Below are positions 7,892 through 17,356 of a DNA stretch of 64,000 nt, in pieces. Below the pieces are notes generated by a model that was not told where the DNA came from, did not search any database, and saw nothing but the letters and a program-made list of their open reading frames with translations. Each line of letters opens with the position of its first letter. Position 1 is the stretch's first letter. The DNA lies in NCBI GenBank assembly GCA_002402995.1, contig DHGX01000003.1, positions 82,309 to 146,308 of the forward strand. Reading direction: 5' to 3'. The position numbers and the translations under genes were made by a program. This DNA comes from Patescibacteria group bacterium UBA4787. GTDB lineage: Bacteria > Patescibacteriota > Patescibacteriia > UBA2591 > UBA4787.

Positions 7892-9186
7892 ACAGCGGAG
7901 ATAATTTAGAGATTAAAAAACTTAAAAGGTCAGAAGATAACGCCGAAGAACGGATGAAAATTGATAAAGAAGTGGAAGATTTTTATCAAGAAACAATAAT
8001 TTCTCCGCCTGCTTCGCCTCTGCTAACTGGCGGAACTCGACGAGGCGAGCCCGCTTTTTCTCGAGAATCGAAGCGCTTCGGTTTTGGTTATTTTATTTTA
8101 TTCGTTTTATTAAGTCTTATTTTCGGCGCCATAGGCGCTATTTTCATTCTGACCCGTCAAAGTATTTATTTGCCTTTTGCCGGCGAGATAAGTCTGCAAA
8201 AATATTTTCCCACGCGCGAGGTTAATTTAACCACTGAGAAAAAAGTAACCGTTACTCAAGACGTCAGGATCGCCGAATTAATTAAAAATATTAAATCGCA
8301 GGTTGTCCGTCTTTTCGAATCTAAATCGCAAGCTGGTTCTAAGAATTTAAATTTTTTAGATCAAATTTATACTCCGAACCAGAGTAAGGGTTTAGCCGTT
8401 GTTTTAAGTAATGACGGATGGTTATTAACAAGCAATTCTCTCGACCCCAAGACTACTTTCAGCGTTATTATTAATAGTGAAAATAAAATTTTCCCGCTTG
8501 AAAAAATTATTCAAGACATTCCTTCCGGCTTCGCTTTTTTAAAGATTAAAGCCGACAATTTACCGGTCGCGAAGTTAGTTAATAGAGATGATTTGGCAGT
8601 CGGTCAGCAGATATTAATTTTTGATCAACAGAATAATGTATATCTTGGCCAGATTCGGAGAATAAATTACCGATTGGTTAAAAAGAATGAAGATCTAATA
8701 CGCTCTACGGACTACTTTTCTGATTTTTTATTGGTTGATCGAGACTTGAGCGCTGATTATTTTTCTGGCGCAACCGTTTTCGGTTTAGACGGTTCGTTGA
8801 TAGGTTTGGTTTCCCAAAACAAAATTATTCCCGTTTGGCATTTTCAAGATATTCTACCCAAGGTTTTGCAAGGAAAAAAAATTGTTAGAAATTATTTGGG
8901 CATTGATTATTTAAGAATCGAAGAGGCGCCGGGCTTGATTTCTGAGCGTTTTCGCGATTTAGAGAATGGCGCTATTGTTTACGGCAATCCGTTAAAGGGC
9001 AGCCCGTCGGATTTAGCCGGCATAAAAAACGGCGACGTGATTATTAAGGCAGACGGCCTTCCATTAACATATAGTCAAGATTTGACCTATTTGGTTCAAA
9101 ATAAAAAATCCAGCGACCCCCTTGAATTAGTTATTTTGCGCGACGGCAAAGAACAATCAATTACAACAAGTTTGGTCCAAAAATAG
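7849..9186 (+). CDS. Membrane-anchored trypsin-like/PDZ protein. HtrA/DegP-like architecture, but the catalytic serine motif is not evident, so it may be inactive.
   Basis: TM segment FGYFILFVLLSLIFGAIGAIFIL, then a trypsin-like fold region. C-terminal PDZ (IVYGNPLKGSPSDLAGIKNGDVIIKADGLPLTYSQDLTYLV). No GNSGG around the expected active-site Ser (FGLDGSLIGL instead). Start set to the in-frame ATG at 7849 to avoid overlap with the previous gene. Confidence 0.6.
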   Translation: MEKPSKKISIANDLDSGDNLEIKKLKRSEDNAEERMKIDKEVEDFYQETIISPPASPLLTGGTRRGEPAFSRESKRFGFGYFILFVLLSLIFGAIGAIFILTRQSIYLPFAGEISLQKYFPTREVNLTTEKKVTVTQDVRIAELIKNIKSQVVRLFESKSQAGSKNLNFLDQIYTPNQSKGLAVVLSNDGWLLTSNSLDPKTTFSVIINSENKIFPLEKIIQDIPSGFAFLKIKADNLPVAKLVNRDDLAVGQQILIFDQQNNVYLGQIRRINYRLVKKNEDLIRSTDYFSDFLLVDRDLSADYFSGATVFGLDGSLIGLVSQNKIIPVWHFQDILPKVLQGKKIVRNYLGIDYLRIEEAPGLISERFRDLENGAIVYGNPLKGSPSDLAGIKNGDVIIKADGLPLTYSQDLTYLVQNKKSSDPLELVILRDGKEQSITTSLVQK

Positions 9187-9237
9187 CGTAGTTCCGCGGC
9201 TTGACCAGGTCAGACCTTGTCAACTTGTCTTGTCATT

Positions 9238-9295
9238 TCGCTTTACGCTTTACGCTTTACGCTTTTCGCTTTTCGCTTTACGCTTCGCGCTTCGT
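9238..9295. repeat. Tandem heptamer repeats (CGCTTTA/CGCTTTT/CGCTTCG), about 8 units.
   Basis: Read directly from the sequence. Similar TTTACGCTTT-type tracts recur at 16421-16470, 18320-18360, 50850-50880 and 63481-63540, always in intergenic spacers. Confidence 0.8.
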
Positions 9296-9316
9296 TAAAA
9301 AGTTATCCACCCCCCC

Positions 9317-9345
9317 TTGTCATTGGTTGATATATAAATTATAAT
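9317..9345 (+). promoter_or_regulatory. Sigma70-like promoter for the giant protein gene: TTGTCA, 17-nt spacer, TATAAT.
   Basis: -35 TTGTCA at 9317-9322, 17-nt spacer, -10 TATAAT at 9340-9345. About 120 nt upstream of the ATG at 9465. Confidence 0.55.
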
Positions 9346-9464
9346 ATAATTGAAATTTTAATTTTATTTATTTGAAAACGGAAAACAACACACAAGCGCG
9401 AATTTTTTAGGGGGGATATTTTTTATATTTAAAAAAAACAATTAATTAAGTTTTAAATTTAACT

Positions 9465-12400
9465 ATGTCAAAAACAAAAAAGTTTTTCTCGGTGATTATA
9501 ATGACGACTACTATTTTGTGGTCGATGGGTATGCCATCATTAGTTACTGCTTTGTCGGTAACCAGTGTCGTCGTTTCAACTACTTCGGCGGAAATCGCTT
9601 TTGATGGATCTGTCTTGGAAGAAACTTCTCCGTCTTCGGCCATCGAATTGGGTAGCGCCACTAATTATGCCACCGATTTGCGCAATTATATTTTGAAAAC
9701 AGGGGATTCGTTAACTGCTCGTAATTTGAGCAGGTTCGATCCTTATAATATGACCACTCAATATTTACAGGCTGGTGAGAATGATTATCGCATGCGAATT
9801 TATGGCCTGAAGAATCTACGTTTAACAGAAGGACAGGCTTGGGATACAACAGTTCAAGATATTAAAAATAGCGGCGAAACACAAACTGTTACTACCTATA
9901 ATACCAATAGCACGGTTGCCGCTTCAACCGATCCAATTATTGATTATATAACCAACACTCAAACGGGCGATGATTGCAACGGCTGGCCATGCGGTAATAT
10001 CGGCGACGAGGTTACTATCTCTGGTTCAAATTTTGCCACTTCCACAGACGTGGTTCAAGTTTTATGGAGATACGGAGAGGGCAGTAGCGTCACCTCAACT
10101 GTTTCCTCGGTTGATGCCACTACTTTAGTCACTACGATTCCATCAGGAGTCAACAGCGAAGTCACAGTCAATGTCACTAATCTTACGCCCAACCGTTCTT
10201 CAGATTTCCGTTCGTTTGTCGTTTGGAACTCAAGTACTCAAGCGGTGGTGGTTGGCAGTGTCACTTCAACGACCGCTACAGATATAGACGTGGTTAATGT
10301 CCGCGCTTTTCAGCCGGGGCAAATGGGGGCGCCTCTACAATTCGAAACGCACTCAAACGGTAAATACGCGCTCATTTCTCCCGTAACCAGTAGTTATAAT
10401 ATTGAATTTATCACGCCAACTGGCGCGACCAAATCTGCTCCTGCTAAAGTTTCTGGTCAAGTCGCGACCATCGGTTTGATGACAACCGTCTCCGAACAAT
10501 CTTTCCTGTCCGCTACTTTGGGCGGTACCGTCAAAGATCCCAGCGGCGCGACCTTGATGGAGGGCGTGGAGGTTGTAGCTCATAACGCTGATTGGACTAT
10601 AGCTCAAAGAGCTAAGACTGATTTGAACGGTGTTTGGAAGGTTTATGTTCCAAATACTTCTACTAATCAATGTTATACTATTGAAGCCGAACCAAAACTC
10701 TATCATCAGCAAAAACTAGGTTATCAAAAAGGCGCAAGTAGCAGATGTTTGACCTTAGATGAAACCAGCACTAATAATACTATTAATTTAACAACCGCTA
10801 ATGTTACGGGCACAATTAAAACACCGTCTGCCGCCTCCGAAGCCAATCCTTTTCCCGATACGGTTGTGCCGAATGCGGGCGTTGGTTTGCACACATCGGA
10901 TTGGTCATATCAGCAATGGGCCAATACTGATTCAAGCGGCAATTTCTCTTTTGGCGGCGCTTCTGCTGGCACTAATTATGTTTTAGAAATTGAATCGCCA
11001 TCTTCCGGTAATTTTGCCGGTTATGCGAGAACCACTATCCAGGGTTTAACCGTTAACGCGAGCGGAGTGACCAATCTCAATAATGACGCTAAAGCGGTTA
11101 GCGGAGCTTTACGTTTTTCTTTGCCCAATGTTTTTGGAAGCGTGCAATGCGGCGGCGTTAATGAGGCTAATGCTTGGGTGGAATTGCAAAAAGATGGCGC
11201 TTGGTATGGCTCTAACAGCGACAGCTCCGGTAAATTTAAATTCGGTGGCGTATCAATTGGTACATATACTTTACGTATTCAGCCGGTGGTTGGTTCAAGT
11301 TGCGCCACCACCACTTTCTCGGCTTCTATCACCTCGGCGACCAGCAACGACTTAGGAATCAAATCATTATCAACCCCGAACATAAGCGGATCAATAAAGG
11401 ATCCGACTGGCGCGACCGGTCAGGCGAATGTTTGGCTTGATTTGTGTCCTTATCAAAATCCGGGTCAATGTTATGGTGGTCAGACTCAACAGAATGGCTC
11501 GTTTAGTCTTAATGTTCCGGATGGCACTTGGCGTTTAGAAGTTCATCAAGCCTGGGGTAGTATTTATGCTGCTCCGGCGGGGCTTGTTGTCACGGTGTCA
11601 GGCACAACAATATCTGAATATGCTGATCCGAGTAGCGCTTTGAGCATAGCCAATAATCAATTAACTATTTTAATGTCAGATCCGAGCGTGAATGGTTTGA
11701 CTGGTCGTGTTTGTCTTCCGGGAACTAGTGATGTCAACTGCGCTGACGCAAATGAAGCGGTGGGTGTTTCAAATATAGGTGTTAATTTAAGAATAGCCGG
11801 TCAGATGGGCGGAGGTCAGCAATGGACACAAACCGACCAGAATGGTTATTATGCTCTTGGTAGCGTTGCCGAGGGTTCTTATGAGGTGGAAGCCAATCCG
11901 TATAGCGGCTGCGGCGAAACGCAATGCGCTCGAAAAGTGGCTTCTGTGACTGTCACCAGCTCTCAATCGTCAAGAACAAAAAATATAATTCTAACCAGTC
12001 CTAATATCACCGGCACGGTTTATAGATCAGCTACTGATTTGACGCCGGTTCCCAATGCTTGGATTAATATGCATATTGAAGGTCCAATGCAGGGTCCGGG
12101 CGGTTGGTATGGATCTAATACTAATCAAAATGGTCAATTTTCTTTTGGCGGCGTGGTAGCCGGTAATTATGTTCTGGAAATTGAACCGCCGCGCTGGGGA
12201 TCAGAGGAAGAGCAAGCCGCGTATCGTCAATATGCTACGAGAAAATACACGGGCATTGAAATTACAGAAGCAATAGCCGGAGGAGACGCGCTGGATATCG
12301 GAGCGACTTATGGCGCAGGCGGCAAGCTTTATCTTGGCGTGCCTCAAGTTATAGGTCGGGTAATGAATCCCGGTCCGGATGGCATAGCTGGTAATGCTGA

Positions 12401-15400
12401 TGACGCGGCCGTGGCTTGGTCTTGGATTATGGTTCATGACCAAATGTGGCAAAATCAGGGCGGTGGTTCAACCGATGATCAGGGCTATTTTCGTATCGGC
12501 GGTCTTGAGGTCAATAGCACTGGCTTGTCTATTGAAATTAATCTGCCTTGGGGCGGCACACAAGCTTATGTCCAGCCGTCTGGGTTAACGGTTGATATCG
12601 CTAATAACATAGGCGCAATTAAACAAAACAGCAATACTCTAAATAATAATTTAATTACATTAACTTCACCCACCAAAACCTTAACCGGAACTGTTACCAA
12701 AAAGACTGGTGGCGCCGCGATAGCCAATGCTAAAGTTGAAGCTAATCGCGAAATGGGCGGCGGACACTTCGAAACTACTACCGACGCTAATGGCGCTTAT
12801 ACTTTAAAATTATCCGGCGGCGGTTGGTGGGTAATGGTGCGTCCGGATTGGAATTTAACCCAGCCAGACTGGGTTTATGCCGATTCGCCCAAAAGAGTAA
12901 GTTTCGTTGAAGATGATAGTGTTGAATCTTCATCGCAAAATTTTGAAGTAGAAACTTGCGACGCCATTATCACGGGTTTAGTGAAAGATCCGACTGGCGC
13001 TACCGCTATTGCTAATGCTTGGGTTAACGCTAACCGCGGTATGGGTATGGGTAATGGCGGTAATACTGATTCTAATGGCCGCTTTAACTTTAAGGTGCCG
13101 GCTGGTGTTTATGAGTTGGTGGCTAATCCAAATTGGGGTGAGCAGGGCGCTAATTACGCCGCCGCCACTCCGATTAAAATTAAAGCCATTGCCGAACAAA
13201 CAACAGACGCGGGAACTTTAAATCTTAAGAGTAAAAGTTCTCATATTAAAGGCACCATTACGGATACCGCCGGCAATCCGGTTGGCAACGTAATGATTAA
13301 TGCCTGGCAAATGACCGGCTTCGGTTGGGCTTCGGCTTTAAGTAATTCCAGCACTGGCCGTTTTGATTTACAGGTTAGTTCCGGAAACTGGGGTCTAATG
13401 GCAATGCCAATGTCTTCTCAATATGTTTATCAGGGCGGTCCGCAGCAAATCACTATAGCCGACAGCCAAACTTCAGATAATAACGACTTCTTGCTAAAAT
13501 TAGCAGAAGGTTTGTTAAAAGTTAAGATAAAAGACGCTGCTGGCAATAAGATCAGCGATATCTGGGGCGGTGTTTGGGTGCGTGACACTTCAGTTGGCGG
13601 TGATTTTCTGGATTTTGGCAAACCGGAAATGATGGATGGGATGCAGAGCGCCGGTGGTGGCACTGGCGGCGGTTCTGGCGGTATGGCTGGCGGACCAATG
13701 GGTGGAGGTATGGATAAGGGCGGTTTTGCCGGCGGCGGCTTAATGAATGGTTATACAGAGATTAAAGTTCCTTTGGGTAGCTATGAGTTGGGTATTCATT
13801 CCCCGCCTGGTTCAAAATATACATTAGTTGCGACGCAAACTATAACCCTGGGTTCTTCTGACTCTTGCGGCACAACTACGAAATGTAAGGAGCTTGATTT
13901 GGTGGTGGCCCCTAATAATGCTACAATTAAAGGCAAATTTTATTTAGATATTAACGATAATGATGCTTATGATGCCGGAACAGATACGGTGGTTACGGGT
14001 GTCAGAGCGTTTATTAACGGCACCAAAGATGGCGGCGGCTGGGCCATGACCGAATTTGCTCCGTCGTCTAATAGCGATCAATATGAATTGAAAGTAGCTC
14101 CTGGCAGTTGGTATGTTAATGCTTTTATTGATCCCATGATGTCTTTCAGTTCTAATAAATATAAAGTAGTGGCAGCGGACGTGGAAACATCGCCGGCGGC
14201 TAATGGCATAGAAACGCGTAATTTTAAACTCAAAAAACTTGACAAAACTATTAGCGGAACAGTTAAAGATCCGGATGGTGCCGGTATGGGTGGTGTTTGG
14301 GTGTTCGTTGACTACGGCAATTCCGCGACTATGAATCAATTCAAGGGTCCCGGAGGTTTGGGTGTAGGCACCTTCACTGATTCTAATGGCGCTTATACTT
14401 TGAATGTTACGGCTGGTTCTTATAAAATCGGCGTTGGTATTCCGCCTTGGGATGCCAGAGATTTGATTAATCCCGATATGCAAAGCGTAACCGTTGCTGA
14501 TGTTAATATGACTGGTGTTAATATGCAATTTACTGAATCAGATGCTACGATTACCGGTTCAATTTTGTTGAGCGGTAGCAAGAATAAAGCTATGGTTAAC
14601 GCTTGGAGCGACAGTAAAGGAACTGGCACGTTTTCAACTAATGGAGATTATACTTTAAAAGTTAAGTCTGGTGAGACTTGGCATATTCAAGCTTCGGCTT
14701 CTATTAATAATACTCTATATCAGAGCGTGGTCACCGATTTAGTGACAGTTGCTGGCGCTAATAGCAATAATAATTTAACCTTGTTGTCTACAAGTGTTGT
14801 TGTGCCGAATGCAAAAACCACTACGTTCAGCGCCTCGGACAGCAAAACAATAGAATTAAGTAATGGTCTAAAATTAGAAATACCATCAGGCGCTTTAGCC
14901 TCGAGCGGTACGGTAACAGTTACCATTACCCCCACAGTTGACATAGAAGAAACAAAGGTGAAAGCAGACGCTAAAGACAAACCGATCGGCGTTAGCTATG
15001 ATTTTGTGGCTAAAGATTCCACAGGACAAGAAATTACCAGCTTTAATAATGACGTTAAAATAGTTTTTCCTTACACCGAGTCTTTGATTTCCGCGGCTGG
15101 TTATACCGAAAACGACGTAATGCCGAAATATTTTGACGATACCACTAATACTTGGGAAACTTATAAATCTGCTGTCGTTGATACTGTCAATAATACCATT
15201 ACGACAACCAGCAATCACTTTACGGCTGGCGGTTTAACCGGCGGTCAATTTACTATGAGCGGCACTCCCAGCGGCAGTACCGGGGGCAGTGGCAGCGCCG
15301 GTTTAGTCGGACCAACCAATATTTCTGTTAACATTAACAGCGGAGCCGTGAAAACTTCTACGCGAAGCGTTACTTTGAATTTGGCGGCCAGCGGAGCAAT

Positions 15401-16235
15401 GGAAATGATAATCAGCAACCATTCAGATTTCTCTGGCGCGAATTGGGAGTCCTTTGTTTTCACTAAAACTTGGTTATTAGGTTCTGGCAATGGCGAAAAG
15501 AGTGTTTATGTTAAATTCCGCGATGCTCTTAATAATAGTTCTTCCATTGTTTCAGATATTATTAATCTAGAAGAAGCAAGTAGCCCGACCGAAACTCTAG
15601 AAGTTCTAAAAGAAAAGAGTTTGGTCAAGACTGCTGATTCTCCCGCTCTTTATCTTATCTTAAACGGCAAGAGACATGTCTTCCCGCATAGCGTTGTTTA
15701 TAAGTCTTGGGGCTATCCGTCTAATTTCTCAACGGTTAAGACCGTAGCTAAAGATGTTTTAGAGCAATACGCCGAGGGTGATCCGGTTCCATTCCGCGAC
15801 GGCTCATTATTCCGCGGCACCAAACAGTCTTTATACGGCAAGAGCGCTTCCGCTGTGTATGTTGTTTCGGACGGCAAACTAATGCCCATTAAATCATCCG
15901 CCGTCTACCAGACTTTATTCAAGGATCCAAAATGGAAATTGGTAACTTGGGTTCCGGATGATTTATTGAACAAGTTCGCTTATCCTCTGGGTGAAATAAT
16001 AGAATCAACTAATGTCCATCCTAACGGCGTCTTAGTTAAATATGCCGACTCCGCGACAACTTATTTGATTGTGGGCGGCAAGAAAAGAGGATTCACCTCT
16101 AATAGCGCTTTGGCGACCAATGGTTATAAGGATAGGACGGTTATTACTATTCCTAAAACGGAAATTTACGAGAGCGCGGAAAGTATTAGCGCCTTAGTCG
16201 ATGAATTAACCACTCCGCTCTTAGCTGTGAAATAG
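9465..16235 (+). CDS. Giant secreted/cell-surface protein (2256 aa) with a signal peptide, multiple carboxypeptidase-regulatory-like beta-sandwich repeats, a Gly/Met-rich low-complexity segment, and a C-terminal ~190-aa tandem-duplicated domain shared with the next giant protein.
   Basis: N-terminal TM/signal segment FSVIIMTTTILWSMGMPSLVTA. Recurrent G(T/S)(V/I)KDP(T/S)GAT...A.V repeat units. Glycine-rich segment SAGGGTGGGSGGMAGGPMGGGMDKGG. C-terminus VKTADSPALYLILNGKRHVFPHSVVYKSWGYP...VPFRDGSLFRGT...WVPDDLLNKF is about 55% identical by eye to residues ~35-220 of the 18657 protein. Confidence 0.8.
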   Translation: MSKTKKFFSVIIMTTTILWSMGMPSLVTALSVTSVVVSTTSAEIAFDGSVLEETSPSSAIELGSATNYATDLRNYILKTGDSLTARNLSRFDPYNMTTQYLQAGENDYRMRIYGLKNLRLTEGQAWDTTVQDIKNSGETQTVTTYNTNSTVAASTDPIIDYITNTQTGDDCNGWPCGNIGDEVTISGSNFATSTDVVQVLWRYGEGSSVTSTVSSVDATTLVTTIPSGVNSEVTVNVTNLTPNRSSDFRSFVVWNSSTQAVVVGSVTSTTATDIDVVNVRAFQPGQMGAPLQFETHSNGKYALISPVTSSYNIEFITPTGATKSAPAKVSGQVATIGLMTTVSEQSFLSATLGGTVKDPSGATLMEGVEVVAHNADWTIAQRAKTDLNGVWKVYVPNTSTNQCYTIEAEPKLYHQQKLGYQKGASSRCLTLDETSTNNTINLTTANVTGTIKTPSAASEANPFPDTVVPNAGVGLHTSDWSYQQWANTDSSGNFSFGGASAGTNYVLEIESPSSGNFAGYARTTIQGLTVNASGVTNLNNDAKAVSGALRFSLPNVFGSVQCGGVNEANAWVELQKDGAWYGSNSDSSGKFKFGGVSIGTYTLRIQPVVGSSCATTTFSASITSATSNDLGIKSLSTPNISGSIKDPTGATGQANVWLDLCPYQNPGQCYGGQTQQNGSFSLNVPDGTWRLEVHQAWGSIYAAPAGLVVTVSGTTISEYADPSSALSIANNQLTILMSDPSVNGLTGRVCLPGTSDVNCADANEAVGVSNIGVNLRIAGQMGGGQQWTQTDQNGYYALGSVAEGSYEVEANPYSGCGETQCARKVASVTVTSSQSSRTKNIILTSPNITGTVYRSATDLTPVPNAWINMHIEGPMQGPGGWYGSNTNQNGQFSFGGVVAGNYVLEIEPPRWGSEEEQAAYRQYATRKYTGIEITEAIAGGDALDIGATYGAGGKLYLGVPQVIGRVMNPGPDGIAGNADDAAVAWSWIMVHDQMWQNQGGGSTDDQGYFRIGGLEVNSTGLSIEINLPWGGTQAYVQPSGLTVDIANNIGAIKQNSNTLNNNLITLTSPTKTLTGTVTKKTGGAAIANAKVEANREMGGGHFETTTDANGAYTLKLSGGGWWVMVRPDWNLTQPDWVYADSPKRVSFVEDDSVESSSQNFEVETCDAIITGLVKDPTGATAIANAWVNANRGMGMGNGGNTDSNGRFNFKVPAGVYELVANPNWGEQGANYAAATPIKIKAIAEQTTDAGTLNLKSKSSHIKGTITDTAGNPVGNVMINAWQMTGFGWASALSNSSTGRFDLQVSSGNWGLMAMPMSSQYVYQGGPQQITIADSQTSDNNDFLLKLAEGLLKVKIKDAAGNKISDIWGGVWVRDTSVGGDFLDFGKPEMMDGMQSAGGGTGGGSGGMAGGPMGGGMDKGGFAGGGLMNGYTEIKVPLGSYELGIHSPPGSKYTLVATQTITLGSSDSCGTTTKCKELDLVVAPNNATIKGKFYLDINDNDAYDAGTDTVVTGVRAFINGTKDGGGWAMTEFAPSSNSDQYELKVAPGSWYVNAFIDPMMSFSSNKYKVVAADVETSPAANGIETRNFKLKKLDKTISGTVKDPDGAGMGGVWVFVDYGNSATMNQFKGPGGLGVGTFTDSNGAYTLNVTAGSYKIGVGIPPWDARDLINPDMQSVTVADVNMTGVNMQFTESDATITGSILLSGSKNKAMVNAWSDSKGTGTFSTNGDYTLKVKSGETWHIQASASINNTLYQSVVTDLVTVAGANSNNNLTLLSTSVVVPNAKTTTFSASDSKTIELSNGLKLEIPSGALASSGTVTVTITPTVDIEETKVKADAKDKPIGVSYDFVAKDSTGQEITSFNNDVKIVFPYTESLISAAGYTENDVMPKYFDDTTNTWETYKSAVVDTVNNTITTTSNHFTAGGLTGGQFTMSGTPSGSTGGSGSAGLVGPTNISVNINSGAVKTSTRSVTLNLAASGAMEMIISNHSDFSGANWESFVFTKTWLLGSGNGEKSVYVKFRDALNNSSSIVSDIINLEEASSPTETLEVLKEKSLVKTADSPALYLILNGKRHVFPHSVVYKSWGYPSNFSTVKTVAKDVLEQYAEGDPVPFRDGSLFRGTKQSLYGKSASAVYVVSDGKLMPIKSSAVYQTLFKDPKWKLVTWVPDDLLNKFAYPLGEIIESTNVHPNGVLVKYADSATTYLIVGGKKRGFTSNSALATNGYKDRTVITIPKTEIYESAESISALVDELTTPLLAVK

Positions 16236-16261
16236 GAAACATACTTATTCACCGATATGGT

Positions 16262-16292
16262 AAGGGGGCTCGTCTTTCGGACGAGCCCCCTT
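16262..16292 (+). terminator. Intrinsic terminator hairpin after the giant gene (aagggggctcgtc-tttcg-gacgagccccctt).
   Basis: Perfect 13-bp GC-rich stem immediately after the stop codon. Confidence 0.65.
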
Positions 16293-16535
16293 GAATTAAT
16301 ATCAAAAAGCGAGTATAATTTAAAAATGCAAAACCAATAAGCATAAAACTAAAAGCGAAAAATGCAAAACAATAGTCCAAAACCTAAAATAGAATTAATA
16401 AGGGGAAAGAAAAAGTTTTAAATTTTACGCTGTTATTTTGAGCTTTACGTTTTACGCTTTGCGCTTTCTAATAAATTGTAATTCATACGGTTTTGTTCTG
16501 AAAGTTTTAAGCTCCAAGCTTCATGTTCCAAGTTT

Positions 16536-17084
16536 ATGTTCAAGTTTCAGGAGAAAATTTTATTAAACGAAATTAAAAGAGGCGATCAAGCGGCGTTGGG
16601 GAAATTATATAATGAATATGCTGACAAGATTTATCGCTTTATTTATTTTAACGTTTCCAGTATCGATAACGCGCAAGATTTAACCAGCCAACTTTTTATT
16701 CGTTTATTAAATTATTTGGCGAATAATCAAAAAGCGGAAATAGAAAATCTGCAGGCTTTTTTATTCGCCATGGCGCGCAATCTTCTTACTGATTTTTATC
16801 GTTCCAATTCAAATAGATTAGAAACGCCGATCGATGAATTTATTGAAGAGAATATTTCGGACAGGCATAATTTCGAAGATCTGCTAAATGATAAATTAGA
16901 GATAGAAGCTTTGGACGAGAAATTAAAATTTTTGCCAGACGACTATAGGGAGATTATAGTTTTGCGTTTTATCAATGAGTTTAGTTTTAAAGAAATTGCC
17001 AATATTATTAATTCTTCCGAAGGAAACGCCAGAATTAAGGCCTTTCGCGGTCTTAAAATGCTTAAAAATAGCTTCAAATCATAA
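16536..17084 (+). CDS. ECF-type RNA polymerase sigma factor (sigma-70 family, regions 2 and 4).
   Basis: Region-2-like YNEYADKIYRFIYFNVSS...AQDLTSQLFIRLL. Region-4 HTH LPDDYREIIVLRFINEFSFKEIANIINSSEGNARIKAFRGLKMLK. Confidence 0.8.
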   Translation: MFKFQEKILLNEIKRGDQAALGKLYNEYADKIYRFIYFNVSSIDNAQDLTSQLFIRLLNYLANNQKAEIENLQAFLFAMARNLLTDFYRSNSNRLETPIDEFIEENISDRHNFEDLLNDKLEIEALDEKLKFLPDDYREIIVLRFINEFSFKEIANIINSSEGNARIKAFRGLKMLKNSFKS

Positions 17085-17184
17085 AAAGCCTTTGTCTGTG
17101 CGGATTTTCACTTCTATTCTCTACTTGCTATTTTCTACTTTCTAAATTTCTTGTAACGTTTCTGTTTTTATATCGTCTTAATAT

Positions 17185-17324
17185 ATACCAGGCAGTGAAA
17201 ATTCGATGAGGTTCTGGCGCGACCATAACAACAGGCTAGTTCAATAAAATTGAGCATATAAGTTGTTTAAGTAAGTTCGCCGGAATTATAAATAATTAAT
17301 TATCGAATTTCTACTGCCCGGTAT
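17185..17324 (+). repeat. Inverted-repeat bracket element, copy 1. Left end ATACCAGGCAGTGAAAATTCGAT, right end ATCGAATTTCTACTGCCCGGTAT, about 95 nt of unique sequence between.
   Basis: One of four copies (others at 27783-27925 inverted, about 42885-43217, and 55786-55927) that share about 23-nt termini but differ internally. Each lies directly 5' of a gene, in that gene's orientation. Confidence 0.75.
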
Positions 17325-17356
17325 AGAACTTAAGAAGATTATGAATAAGATCTTTT

